A DNA stretch of 64,000 bases from Cenococcum geophilum (taxonomy: Eukaryota): contig CP158636.1 in the NCBI GenBank assembly GCA_050273025.1, positions 1,984,001 through 2,048,000 of the forward strand. The letters run 5' to 3'. The notes under the pieces were generated by a model. That model was not told the DNA's origin, ran no database searches, and saw nothing but the letters and a program-made list of their open reading frames with translations. Positions 25,033 to 38,800 of this stretch are shown here, one piece after another (position 1 is the stretch's first letter; each line of letters begins with the position of its first letter). A program made the translations under genes and the position numbers.

Positions 25033-26963
25033 TCCGCCCCACGGACTATTCGCTTACGCTTATAGTCCTACGCAGCTTAACGGAACACCGAGCTTAACGG
25101 AACACGTACCCAAAATTAAGCCTTATCTACTTCCTTATATAATTAAATTACCACAACCATGCCTATAGAATCCGAAATTATTAAGATACGCGTGTAAGAT
25201 GCACTTTGTGAGTTATTACGTATAGAAACACCTAATATTCGATTAGCAGCCCGCCTATATAACGCGCTATTTAAACGTATCTATAACCGTGTTAACGGTA
25301 TTAAAAGTAAGATGCAGAGGCCTGGTAGTAATAAAATGCTTAATTAACACTAGGAGGCTATGCTCCTATCCTATATCGATTAAATAGACCGCCTTAAAGT
25401 TAGCGCGCTGTTCCACTAAGTCCACAATTGCGCGTAGCGTATCCTTAAGCTCTATGCGCCTAACGGCACTAAACCACCTACTCTTAGACGCGACTAGACT
25501 AAGAGATTCCTTAAATAAAACCTAATAGTGTATAAGGTTAAGCAGAAGCCTATAGAGATTAATTAAGCTATTATAAACGATCCTGCCGCGATATAGGAAT
25601 GGTATACTTTGTATAGGAATATAAAGGAGTAATAGGGTATTCTACTATGTAACGAATACAACTTTAACGAGTCTGGATTTTATATTGGAATTAGTGGCAG
25701 CTAGTGGATAATTACGCGTGTATTAGACACTAAAAGGATATACTTAGCTAGTAAGACAAATCGCGATTTCGCGTTGGTGTTAGAGGCTATATTTAGTAAT
25801 GGAGTTATACTTACCCTAGCAGTTATTATTAAGGGCTAATAAATTATGCATTAATACCTTAATAATATAAGTATACCTAGCAACTATATGCTAGGCGCTT
25901 AAACTAAAGGTTATTTAAATAACAACCTTACGTTTAATTAGATTTAGCACTTTAATAGGTAAAGCGCTGCTTAACAGATAGGTGCGCATCGGCTACTATT
26001 ACTAAATGGCCATGGTTTATACCTTATAAAGGAATTTATAGAATATTATAAGGAGAAGAACATCTATTTATTAGCTATTCCGCCCCATATAAGCTACTTT
26101 CTATAACCGCTTAATATTGTTCTCTTCTAGCTATTTAAGCACTACTATAAGCTGGCTATTAAGATGGCTGTGCGAATAGGCTGCACAAACTTTAATACTA
26201 TTAAATTCCTTTACGCTCTACACCAAATTTATATAGCTATATTTAAATCCTTATCTATCCTATTAGGATGGGTAAAGACTAGCCTTATTCTATATAATCC
26301 TAAGGTTATATTAACTAGATTGCGACATTAAATAGCTATAGTGCGTCTATCTACGCCATTACCTACAATAATATAACTACTGCGGCTATAACCTATAGTG
26401 CTATAAATACCTAATGTACCGTATAGCTTACAGATAACAATAAACTGGGTTTGCAGCTTTATTATTAAGCAGCCTAATAGGGTAAGGAATCCTTTGTTAA
26501 TTCTTTGTAAGAGCGCTAAGAAGAATACCGTACTTTACTTATTAGTAGAGGAGGACCTATATTTAATGTAGGTAGCGGTATACGCCCGCGTAAAGCGTTA
26601 AAGGACTAACCAACGGGTTGTTTAAAAGGGAGGCTTAATATCTGCAGTAGACGGACGGCTTAAAGTATTATAATGAGTTTAAAAGGAAGTAGAGAAGGCA
26701 GGTAGGGCGGCTGCACGTACGGTGAAGAAGTAGGTAAAGGAGGACGCTACACAATGTGTAGAGGCCTGAGACTCGTAATATTTGGTAGGATTGTAGCTAG
26801 GCTATTGCTTAAAGTGCTCCACTAAGGATTTCTGTATATATATATAGCCTACGTAGAAATATACGGCTTTAAAATTATATAGTGGGGCTCGTGTTCCATT
26901 AAGCTCGGTGTTCCGTTAAGCTGTATAGGACTATAAGCGTAAGCGAATAGTCCGTGGGGCGGA
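25033..26963 (+). mobile_element. pogo/Fot1-type DNA transposon, copy 2 (1931 bp), inserted in the Gypsy C gag
   Basis: Same TIRs, length and TA TSD as 14890-16820. ATG at 25159. The differences I compared between the copies are mostly C>T/G>A. Confidence 0.95.
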
Positions 26964-27079
26964 TAGTGGCTATTTATATTAACCTAAATAAAGTACAGGA
27001 CGCCTAGTATAACTATAATCGCCTAATAATAAAACTAAATTAATCCTTTGCTGAATTTTAGACTTAATTCCTATACCTT

Positions 27080-27334
27080 TATAAGGGTTATTTTGGCCCT
27101 TACTTGGCTGCATCGCCTAGGGGCTCTTAGGGGTCGCTAAGGCTAGCCTTCGGCTAGCCCTTGGCACCTCCTTATAAGCACCTCGGGCTTGCAGCCCTTC
27201 CCTCCTTATCGGTTTGTCTCCGTACGAGGCTATTGCCTACTCTTTACCATATCGTCCTCTTCTATCGACTCCCTATGTGACTCATGCTCGGCTTGCTTAC
27301 TCCCTACCGTACACCCTAGCAATACTGCCTTATA
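27080..27334 (+). mobile_element. Solo LTR family D (255 bp) in the Gypsy C gag
   Basis: T[G>A]TAAGGG...CCTTATA termini and TSD ACCTT. Homologous (inverted) to 33990-34229. Confidence 0.85.
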
Positions 27335-30300
27335 ACCTTATAGGAGAAGGCTAGGTTCCCCTTAAGAACTACTAATTAGACTTATATAATAAGCTAATAA
27401 TTCGGCTATAAAAGAAGATTACTATAACCTTAGATAACCTTCTAACGTATAATAGACTCGCAACTTATTGCCTATTACTAGATTTAGAACTAAAGCAAAT
27501 TAACGCCTGCCCTAATTAGTAAAAGCGACCCCAGAACAATTAAAGCTTATTAGCTGCACCTATAGGAGCTAGAGTAGGAAGATAAGCCACGACCGCCCTT
27601 ATACCAAAAGCGGTCACATTTACGTACTAGCGGGCCTCGCCCGACTAGCCATGTACCACACCCCCGACTAGTATTTGTCGCAATACCCCAATTAACCCTG
27701 CCTCGGCTACTTACTACAACTATAATAAGAAGGGTTACTTTACCTTATCTTACCTAGAGCTAAAGGATATAGGCGATATTAAGGAAATAGAGGAAGAAGA
27801 AACGTCCAATGAGTTGGGAAAAGAAGAGCCCTAGGGAAAGACTCCCCCCTAGGGTACCCTATTGATCTTAAAAAGATTAATCTTAATTAGTTAATAGGTG
27901 GAAAGTATTTTACCGTTCTATATATAGTATCTTAAAATGGATATAGAGTAAATATAACTGCCCTTATTAATACTAGAGCAAATAGCTTCGCCTTTATAAA
28001 TACTACTTATATAAATAATGTTGCCAAATTTCTAAATATAGAAGCCATCCAACTAGAGAAGCCTATTTAGGTAAAAGGCTATAACGGCCAAGCCGGTTAG
28101 CCGGTTACCCACGTTTTAAAGTTATATATTACTTTTAACGGACAATACTAATATAGTATCTCTTTTTACATCCTAGACCTAGGTTCCTATAATATAATCC
28201 TTAGACGAAAATAGATATCCTATTTTAATATTTGGCTAAACATACGATAAAGATAGTTTATCTAGCCAGAGGATAGACCGAAGTTACCCTCTTTTATTAG
28301 GGAAATCTAAACTGACCGCAAGACACTAGCCGTAAGGGCTAACCCTACCTACTAGTAGGATGTCCGGGCCCGTAACCTAGCCTTTACTTAAAAAGACGCC
28401 CGCCGCGAAGCTAGAAAGAACTCTATACTAATAAAGATACTCTTCTAAAGCGCTATATTTAAAAAAGACTCTATATATAGAAGCGGGATAGATAGTGACG
28501 TAGATAATATCTAAATTGCGTAGATCTAATTGGTATGGAAAAGAACGCATTAATAGGATATAAGGGATGACCTCTGAAAGATGTAATAGGAGCTAAAAGG
28601 AGTAATAATAATACTAATACCCTAGAAGTATACAAAGTTACGTACGCCCCTATAGTTATATAACCCCCCCGCCGTAGACATTGCCGCAATTAGCGCGGTA
28701 GCGTTTTACTTTAATATATACCGGAAGGATAATAAGGTCTTTATAATAAGCCTATATAAGATTAACCAAATTATTAATAATAGGGAGGAAGAGCTAGCCG
28801 AGGAAACTAACGAGGAATTAGTTAAACGCCTCCTTTTTACTATTTATATAAATTATAAGGATATATTTTTAAAGGCGGCCTTAAATAAGTTACCCCCTTA
28901 CCAGACGTATAATTATAAGATTTAATTAGAAGCCAATAACTTGCTAGGTTATAGCCCCCTTTACTAATAATTAATAGATAAGCTAAAAGTAATAAAGTAG
29001 TACTTGATTAATAACCTGGATAAAGGGTTTATTAAGCTAAGTTAAGCCCCTTTTACTTCTCCTATCCTATTTATAAAAAAGCCTAATAGAGGCCTTCGCT
29101 TTTATATTAACTATTAAAAGCTAAACGCTATTACTTAAAAGGATTATTATCCTATTCCTTTAATTAATAAGACCCTTATATGTCTAAGCTAGGTAAAGAT
29201 CTTTACTAAACTTAATATCCGCTAGGCTTTCTACTAAATTAGGATAAACCCCGTATTTAAAGATTTAATAACGTTCTATACCCGTTATAGTTTCTATAAA
29301 TATAAAGTTCTTCCTTTTAGACTAATAAACGGACTGGCTATGTACTAAAGGTATATAAATGACGTTCTTTTTAATTACCTTAATAAGTTCTATACGGCAT
29401 ACCTAGATAATATTCTTATATACTTGGATAACAAACTTAAGTATTAAGTTTATATTAAGAAGGTTTTAGAGAGACTACAAAATACGGGCTTATAAGTTAA
29501 TATTAAGAAATATAAGTTTGGGGTAAAATGTATAAAATACCTTAGGTTTATTATAACTATAGAAGGAATTAAGGTTAACCCTAAGAAGGTAGAGGCAATC
29601 TGTAACTAGAAGCCCCTTTATATAGTAAAAGGAATCTAATCCTTTTTTAGTTTTTGTAACTTCTACTACCGGTTTATCCGCGATTACGGAATTGTGGCAA
29701 AACCTCTTATATAACTAATTAGGAAGGATACACTTTTTGTCTTTAATAATAGCTATATAGAGGCCTTTAAAGAGATAAAGGATTGGCTTATTTCTTCCCT
29801 AATCCTTTATTACTATAACCCAGACCTTAAATTAATATTAGAAACGGACGCCTCTAATAGGGTTATAGTAGGAATCCTATTATAGTTATATCTAGACAGT
29901 AAATGGTACTCTATTGCTTTCTTCTTAAAAATAATAGACCTAGCTAAGTGTAACTATAAAGTACACAATAAAGAAATACTAGCTATTATTTAATTACTCT
30001 TTTAATAGTGTATAGAGCTTAAAGGTATAAACTTCTGGATTAGGATATATATAGATTATAAAGCCCTAGAGTACTTTATAACTATAAAGCAGCTTACTAA
30101 ATAATAAGCCTAGTAGGCCGAAATACTCTCCTAGTTCTTCTTTACGATTATATATTATTTTAGTAAGTAAAACTCTAAGGCCAATGCCCTAACCTAAAGA
30201 GAATAAGATATAGGACCTTAGGATAAGCTAAAGACCTAATATTAGACGCGCGCCCTTTTTTATCTAGAATAGCTTAACCCGCGGATCCTTAAGGAGCTAG

Positions 30301-32417
30301 ACTTCTAGTAAAATAAGCTAGCACTAATAAAGGAGTCCTTAGATAAGCTAATAGGGCTAATTAACTACCTCCTAACTATAAACCATACAGCTAATACCCT
30401 AAGGGCCCTCCGTAAATAAGCCGTAAAGGAAGACCCCAATTTTAAGATGGAGGAAGGATTGCTCCTATACTAGGAGCGGCTTATAGTCCCTAATGTTAAT
30501 AATCTATAGACTAAACTAATCTGCAAAGCTTATTACTAAGTCTCTATGGTATACCCTAGCAAGAACAAGACCCGTAAAATTATTAACTGCCGCTACTACT
30601 AGCTAAGAATGGTTGTGGATATTAATTAATATATACGGAACTGCAAAGACTGCTAAAGAGCTATAATCCCACAGGATAAGACCTTAGGACTACTTAAGCT
30701 ACTCCTAATACTAGAGCGCTCTTAGTAGTATATCTTTATAGACTTTTATAAACTACCTAGGGACTATAATGGATATAATATGGTTATAGTTATAGTTAAC
30801 CGCTTTAGTAAACGCCCGTTCTTAATTCCCTGTTATAAGAATATTAATACTAAAGAGGCAGCCTAGCTATATGTTTATTACGTCTACCAAATCTACGGAT
30901 TACTAGATACTATTATATCTAATTATAGGCTATAGTTTATATCGGCCTTCTAGAATAAGTTTACCTAGATCTTAGGCATTAAGCTAAAGCTTTCTACGGC
31001 TTATTACCCCTAAATAGACGGCTAGATAGAGATTATAAATTAGTACCTAGACTAGAGGCTTAGGCCCTTTATTAACTATTTCTAGGATAACTGGTTTAAA
31101 CTACTACCCTTAATAGACTACGCGTAAGCAACCCTACCCTATAACTCTACAGAGTTTACCCTAATTTAGCTAGAAATGGGATACTTACCCCGTATAAGCT
31201 TTGACTAGAAAAGGTTAGAAAAACCCCAAACTATATAAGAGAAGCTATCCTATACTAAGGCCCAATAGTACGCTAAATAATTAGAGGAAGCCTAGACGGT
31301 AGCCCATAAGAACCTAAAAAAAGCTTAGAGGTTAATAGAATAGTAGGCGAACAAATACCGTTAAAAGCCTAACTTTGTCCCTAGTAATATAGTCTAGGTT
31401 ATAATAAGGAATTAGAAGACCAAACGACTTAGCCATAAGCTAAACTACTAGATAGTAGGACCGTATAAGGTTCTTAAGAAGATAGGTAACTTATATAAGA
31501 TAAAGCTCCTAAATTTAATTAGGGTTTACCCTATTTTCTTACTAGATAAGTTACGGAAAGCTATAAACAACCTATTACCTAAATAAAAGAACGAGCCCCC
31601 CCTATTGGTTTAAGTAAACGGTAATAATAAATAGGAGGTTAACGAAATACTGGCCTGTAAGTTAGTATGGGGAACGCTAAAATACTATATTAAATGGAAG
31701 GGCTACGATTCTAACCTAACCTGGTACCCTACGTGAAACTTTATAGGCTACCCCCAGAAGCTTAAAGAGTTTTATAACTAATACTCTAATACGCTTAGAC
31801 CCCTAAAGTACCTAGACAAATAGATAGAATGCTAGTATAATAAAGATAATAAGTTACCGGAAGAATATAGGGACAAAAACGCCCTAAAGCCCTAATACAG
31901 CTATCTGCCAAATTCTGCCATATTTGGCCGTTTTCTGCGAGTACCGTAAAATTTTAAATGTTAAGGAACTTTAATTAGCGGTTAAAGTTGTCTAATTAGT
32001 TAGATCCATGCTAAGACTTTTAGCAGCTACTCTTTCTAGCCTAGTGTTTCCACTTAGCCTATAATCGCCTTTTATACTTAGTCTGGACGTATTTATATCC
32101 CTTTTTATCTCCTTATCTTATATTTTATAATCCTATATTTATAAGCCTAGTGCTACCCTATTTCTAACTAAGCCTAAAGGTAGGCTTTCTTTTAAAGAGG
32201 GGGGTGATGTAACGGCGCTATCGCACGTTACCTGCTAAATTCTGCTATATTCTGCCGACCTATAATTGGCCCGCCTAAAGCTAGCGCCTTAGCGGCTTAC
32301 CCTATATATTTGTTTACATCGGTCCTAGCGACCCCTTTTCCTTCTCTTTAGCTTAGTATCTTTGTAAAATAGCATTCTACAAGCTTCGGTTTAGAAGCAT
32401 TTATACGAGCCGTTACA

Positions 32418-32900
32418 TTAAGGGGCGTCCAAAGTAGAAAACTATAGTAGAGGGCCCTGGCAAGAGGGTTTTTGCAACTCTACTTTATATATAACTCTTA
32501 TAGCTCTGCAATATAAATATATCCTAGCTACTATATAACGGCCTAGGCTGAGCTATAGAATAAGGAAGTTTTTAAACGCTACGCGAGGCTTACAAAGGTA
32601 GAGAGCATAATTAATACGCTGCTTAGAACCGAGTATATAGGGCTTAATAGATACCTCTACTACTAAAAAGTACTAGGGTACCCAACTCTGGCCTGCCTAT
32701 GCGGCTATAGCCAATAATTAACGATGTATGTAGTGGTGTTCTACCCTAGGCACGCTGCTAGCCGGGCGGAAATATATTACTATACTAGAACATCCTTATA
32801 TAAAGAGCTCCTAACTAAGTTAAAGGCTGCTAAGGTAGTTATAGACTAGTTATATAGATAAACCTCTTACTACACCTTTTATTTGCTAGAGAGCTGGCTA
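32418..32900 (+). pseudogene. Tad1-type LINE ORF2 C-terminal (CCHC zinc finger) fragment inside the TIR element
   Basis: De-RIP translation RGL..ES..TLLRTECIGLNRYLYHRKVPGYPTPACPCGYSRQSTMHVVVFCPRH resembles the LRTG.IGLN.YL...CxCG.....H....C end of fungal LINE ORF2. Confidence 0.7.
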
Positions 32901-32984
32901 GGGTAAAGAGAGGAGGCTAGGAAGTGCTTTAAGAGGCGGAGGATAAATACTATAGGGATAGTAGAATATAGTAGAATTTTGTAG

Positions 32985-33295
32985 ATAGTAACCTAGTAGA
33001 AGTTGGTAGAACTCTAGCAACCTAATAGAATTTAGTAAAACTTATTAACCTAGTAGAATTTGGCAAAACTTAGTAACCTAATAGAAGTTAGTAGAATTTT
33101 GGCAACTTAATAGAAATTAGTAGAGTTTTGGCAACCTAATAGAAGTTAGTAGAATCTTGGCAACCTAGTAGAATCTAATAACCTAATAGAAGTTGGTAGA
33201 ACTTTGGCAATCTAGCAGAATTTAATAGAATTTAGTAACCTAGCAGAATTTAGTAAAGGTTAATATCTTAATAGAACTTAATAAAACTTAGTAAG
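32985..33295 (+). repeat. Degenerate minisatellite of TGGCAACCTAGTAGAA / TTGGTAGAA units
   Basis: Many recurrences of ggcaacctaatagaa and gttggtagaa variants. Confidence 0.8.
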
Positions 33296-33617
33296 GTATA
33301 GAGCTGCGTATATTAATGTAGATGTAAATAACGGAACCTTCTATACCATCACCAGCCTTATAGGCTACTGGCCTACGCCCTACCTAAATAACTAGAGCAG
33401 CTAGGAATGGAACCTAGGCCCTAGCTATATACCCCACCGGACAAACCCAGGAGTATGTATTAAGATAGCTTTTCTATAGCGCCTTAAAGAGACGTCTACT
33501 CGTGCTTGGTAGTTACTAATAAGAAGAGAGGCTATATAGGCCGCATAATAAGCCATATAGGCTGTATAATAAGAGAAGGAGAGGTTTTATCCAGCCCTAG
33601 CGGTACGGTTCCCCTCT

Positions 33618-33643
33618 TATATATATATATATATATATATATA
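33618..33643. repeat. (TA)n microsatellite
   Basis: Run of TA dinucleotides. Confidence 0.9.
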
Positions 33644-33989
33644 GACCCGCTATATAGACCCTAACGGGAGCCGCAATAGCGTAATTGAATATTATAACAT
33701 AATATAACATATAAAAAGTTTAACTTACTAATTGGTAAGCCATATTAAAATTTTTATATAAGTAACTATTACAGTTATTAAGTTATAAGTATTTTGGTAG
33801 GGGGATATTGGTACCATACATTGCTTATAAACGTGCATTGCCTAGCGGCCTCTTTTAATTCAACCCCTTTGACTCTAAAATAAGCACCCCCTATAACTTT
33901 ACTAAAATAGCCCTAGAATAGAGCTATATTAGTGGGGCTAAAGGGAGTATTTTTTTAATAGATGTAATGCCAGCTATTAGTAAGCTTGG

Positions 33990-34229
33990 TGTGAGGCAGT
34001 ATTGCCAGGGTGTACGGTAGGGAGCAGGCAAGCCGAGCATGAGTTACATAGGGAGTCGATAGAAGAGGACGATATGGTAATGAGGGTAGGTAATAGCCTC
34101 GTACTGAGAGAGACGAACCAATGGGGGAGGAAGGAGGCTGCAAGCCCGAGGGGCTTATAAGGGGTGGCCAAGGCCTAGCCGAAGGCTACCTAGGATGTAG
34201 CCGAGTAAGGGACCAAAAGTACCCTTACA
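33990..34229 (-). mobile_element. Solo LTR family D (240 bp), weakly RIP-mutated
   Basis: TGTGAGG...CCCTTACA termini and TSD CTTGG. Reverse complement of 27080-27334 with indels. Confidence 0.88.
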
Positions 34230-34450
34230 CTTGGTGTAATTAAATAATCTTTTGCAAACGACTATACTTTATTATTATTATTATTTTATCCATTATATTA
34301 TACTATATACAATACTACGCATATAGCCTCTAGGCTATAGTGCTATAGTTCTATATATATAAATCCTTTCTAGGCAGCTTAATATATATTAATAGCTATA
34401 TCTTAGTATTTATAAACCCCTAAACTAGGAGTTTATAGTTCCTTAGTAAG

Positions 34451-35556
34451 TGTAATAGGACTAGCCTAGTTATAGTAGGAATGTCTTAGTAAAACACTTA
34501 ATAGATAAATTCCGACGCTTTAACCTAATTCTGCTAAATTTTACTAGCTTAATTGACTTCTGCCCAGTTCTACTAGATGTATTAAATTCTACTAAAGTTA
34601 GTTAAAGACTGTATACATATATACGTACGCATTAACTACTAAGACCCCAAACTATTTAATATATAACTCTCTTATTATTTCTTTCTCTTCTTTACGTAAT
34701 GTCTTATTCTTAGCGAGAGCTATATACCCTTAAATTTAGATAGAATTTATATTATTCCTTTAAATCTTCCCTAAAGTCTCTTTACGCCCTTATATTACAT
34801 TACGTTAAAATAACTACTATTAAAATAGTAAACAAACTTAAACCCTCCGCGTTAGCTATAAGTATTATAGCCCTAGTTAGGGAATAGTTAACTATAATAC
34901 AACAGTCCTTTATAGATGCTTTGGCCTAATAGTGAGTAACATTGAAAGCTTAGCACTAGCAATTAATAGGAGCAATTTGCGAAGAACTCCGTAACCTTAA
35001 AGCACTTACGTTAGAGACCCTAATAGCAACACCTATAAACAAAATTAAAATAACTATATATAAACCCGACCCGTTAAATATAAACCCTAAACTAGTAATA
35101 GTAGCTTAACCCGTACCTATAATAAACCTAGTACCTACTATAAAATCTAAAAAGCTCCTTAACCCTTTAATATTTAATAGAAATTAAAATAACCTATATC
35201 CCTTTATAAGTAAGCTCCGTCTTAAACTTTTAATAAACTATAACTAATACCCTACTAAAGTTAGTAAAATTAGCTATAAAATGTCTTATTTAAGTAAAGA
35301 CGCTATATAAACTATAGACCTATTCTTTTATAATAGCACCTTTATTAATTTTAAAATCTTTATCTCTTTATTAGAACGAACGTATAATAACACTAGCCGT
35401 AAATATACAGCTGTTACTAGACTTAAAACCCTATAATAACAGAACCAAGACTTTACTAGCTTCTTTTTGGAATTTTTAGGCCTTATTAGTAAACTATATT
35501 AAAATAAAGCCATTAGAGTTACTACTCTCCGTTAAGCTATTTTAGATAAAATTAGA
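34451..35556 (+). mobile_element. Truncated Gypsy family E: probable 5' LTR (~34451-34799) plus gag fragment
   Basis: TGTAAT...ATTACA candidate LTR. De-RIP gag reads KLPDP.MFNG...LRPFVSKLRLKL...RLETLRQ..QDFTSFFSEF...LRRAISDEIR and is cut at ~35556. Confidence 0.6.
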
Positions 35557-35889
35557 GTCGGTCGTCAGTCGTAATCAATTAGTAGGAAAGTAGTCAGCAA
35601 GAAGAAAGGAAAGAATGTATTCCGGTAAGTCGTCCTTAAAAGAAGGAGAGAAGCCAAAGGCTCGATATATATAGGAAAATGCTAAGGCACTAAGTAGTGG
35701 TCCATTTTACCCCACTATAATAGTACTCTACTAGATCTAATAAAGGGTGCTTTAGTATATATTTCCTAAAATTATATTAGCTATAGGTATAATTTAGTAT
35801 TAGAAAGCTTACTCTCTAGGTAAAAATTCTAAAGGATTAGTAAAAGAAAAAGCGTCTTTAAAAGCGCCCTTAATTATTTTATTATTAAT

Positions 35890-38800
35890 TGTAAGGGATA
35901 TTATTGCGGACACCTTAGGTTGCCCTCAGGACAACCCCCAGACGCCCCTTAGATAGTCGCCGGTCACGTGCCGGAGGCACGTGCCCGTAGTATATAGTCT
36001 TCACGATCCTAGAGGCCTTACCTCCTTAAGGATTCGTCTCTCTTACTAATTTATCCTATTCCACAATCGTGTCCTTATAGCCCCCTATCTATAAGATCCC
36101 CTTATATTTAAATCCTTCCTACTCTTTTTTAAAAGGGTAGTCGGCTTTAAAGACCAGATTATTTATTTATATCTTTTATTTACAACCACTATTCTCCCTT
36201 AAAATCTTGCGACGACCTAAACGGAAACTCCATAGATACCTTATAAAAAGCCGTCACGCAAAGGTAGGAAGGTCCCTCTAATAGCAAAAGATTGCGATAA
36301 TATAACCCTCTAGGTAAGACGGCTAAACGAGCCCTAATACCTAGATGCTCTAAGAGCTCGAAGACTTTTATATACCTATAATTACTAGTAACGCTAAGGA
36401 AAATACAGACACCCTCTATAACGGTTATAATACCACTAAAAAGCAGCTGGAACCCCTCCGGCCCCACCTAAGCTAATTAAAAGATTAAGCACTAGAGGCA
36501 ACTCTAAGATCTTCCCCTAAGCTAGAAATGCTAAAGAAATATACTAATATATTCGACCAGGGAACCAACCGGAACCCTCCCGGAAGACCACCGGCCTATA
36601 ATTGGCATAGTAGCGGTATATAGACTGCTTACGAGCTAAGTAGGCCTACCCCTTTAGGTAATCTAAGCTAATCACTAACTTAAGACCTAAGCCCCATTGG
36701 GAAGCCTATACTAGCTACTAGTACTAACACTACCTCTATAGTAGGAGCCTCCCTAGGCCCGAGTTTGGAAGGTTAAGAGCCCTATACCAATCTCCTTTAA
36801 GACGGATATTAGGAAGCTATCGCAAGGCTCTTAGAAGCTATGTAGGAGGAAGCTACTAATAAATATATTAGAACCCTTTAAGGGCAAATCTAGATTTAGT
36901 AGGATCTAATCTAAGCTAAATAAATTCTTTTATAACCTAGTTAAGGCTAAGGGCTTTTTAGGAGCTACCTAGTACCTATTTAAGAAGGTATAGAAGACTT
37001 AGAGAGTTATCTACGCTATAAATAGAAAAAGGATATAGACTAACTGGCTAAGGCCTTTAGTAGTCTAGAACTCCGCTATAGACCTAACGCCTAGTAGTTG
37101 GACGATTGGGTTTATAAGGTAGATAACTTCTTTAAGATGCTAATAATATAAGATAATACCAAAGAGCGTATATATTGGATTATTAGTAAGATTAAAGACT
37201 AATCGCTAAACTAGATCGCACTTAATTAGCTTAATAAAAAGCAAATTACTATATAGCTACAGCTGTAAACCTTCCTAAAGAAATAAACTTAAGATCCGTA
37301 TATTATATAATATAATAATATAGAGCTATTCTAGAATGGGATATAGCTGGACTGCTATAACTTCCGTTAGTTTATAAACTTTATAGAAACTTATACTTAG
37401 TAGATAGATCTAAAGCCCTTTAAAAATAAGGACGGTAGCATCTATAAAAAGAAAAAGATTAGGTTTATCTGGGCTAGAATTAAGCTAATAATTTATAATA
37501 AAATAAAGCGCGTAGGAGCTCTATCGCGGATTATTATATATACAGATTTTAAACAAGCAGTTCTAAACGCTAAAGATATAATAAGGAACCAGACCTCTTC
37601 CGGTAAAAAGCTAAGGGGCCACTAGAAGTATAGACACTTTAGTAGTAACATAGGGCAGACCTAATCTTTAAAGAAGCCGTTTTTAAAGAGAACTTTAAAA
37701 GGGTTAAAGTTAGGAACCTTAAATAATAAAAAAGACTCTTAAGGTCAACCTAATACCTATCTGGCACCTTCACGGGAACACTTTAAGAAGTTAAGAGAAA
37801 ACTCTAGAGGTAAATCCTATTAGAAAAACAAGCAGGGCAATAACCGCACTAACGATCTAAAAAAAGAAAAGCCCTAGTCGTGGACCTCTCCTAGCTACAA
37901 CTAGGGCAAGATATAAAAGGAAAGACTCTCTATATTACTATTAAGCTAGAAATAATACTCCCTATAGGTAAGATATAACAGTTCTAAGCACTATATAATA
38001 GTAGCGCCGAAATCAATCTTATATAATATAATTTAGTAAAAGAGCATAAACTTATCCTATTACAAAGGTGGCGAAAACCTATTATAGGCTTCCTAGGTAA
38101 GCATTGGATTAAACTATACAGTGCCTATAAGCTTATAGTATTAGTAGCCGACATATACAACCGCACTAAGGTAGTTAGCCTATAACCCTTCTAGGCGGCC
38201 AACTTCGTAGGTTATAATCTTATCCTTAAATACCCTTAGCTTGCGGAAGTAGATCCTAAGATACGCTTTAAAACTAGAGCCTTTAAATAGTGGAACGATA
38301 AAGATTTAGAAGGGCGTATATTACTAATAAGCCTAAAGGACATCCTAGAGAATATAGCCCTAGGTAAATAGTATACGCTCTACACCTAAAGGAGTATCGG
38401 ATCTAACCCCTATTTAATAGTAAGATAGATATAGAGCCTAGTATAGGTAATAACCCCTCTATAATGGAGACCCTATGGGGAACTACCGGATAGGTCGCGG
38501 AGATATTATAGGGAGGCGGCGATCTTAAGGATCTTATAAGATACTTTAACTGCTATAGATTACTCTAGCTTAAGCAATATATAGAGAGTATACTACAGCA
38601 CCTTAAACGCTACGTTAAGAAGTTCCCTACCCTCTACTAGCTACCGTATAAAACGGTTTAATATATAGTAGCAACCATATATAAGCAACCACTATAGCGC
38701 ATAACACTGCCCGCAAGTATCTTAAGGGAGCTCCGGGACCTACCTAATGATAACGCGGAGGATAAACATAACCCTAATTTATTAAATATTCTAGCAGGCC

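Larger units (their letters stand above)
24034..32417 (+). mobile_element. Ty3/Gypsy chromovirus family C, full-length, RIP-mutated (gag ~24480-27830; pol ~27820-31895)
   Basis: 210-bp LTRs at 24034-24243 and 32208-32417, TSD TTAAG, PPT AAAGAGGGGGG before 32208. De-RIP motifs: CCHC knuckle ~27712-27752, protease LIDTGA ~27963, YLDDILIY ~29400, LETDAS ~29838, integrase HHCC ~30530-30653, GPY 31459, chromodomain ~31632-31780. Confidence 0.95.
22715..33805 (+). mobile_element. TIR DNA element (~2.7 kb once the nested Gypsy C is removed), no recognisable transposase
   Basis: ~95-bp imperfect TIRs (TCCCCCTAC[C/T]AAAATACTTATAACTT... at 22715, reverse complement ending 33805) flanked by TA. An alternative reading is CCCCC ends with an AT TSD. 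Confidence 0.7.

Noticed and set aside
32985..33295. Repeat array considered as a CRISPR-like array
   Set aside because: Degenerate tandem units with no unique spacers, in a eukaryotic context with no cas genes.
35557..35740. Possible partial LTR (reverse orientation) truncating gag of family E
   Set aside because: It looks LTR-like (TATA box, purine-rich, ends CTAATA), but there is no second copy, no TG start and no TSD in the window, so it is not called.
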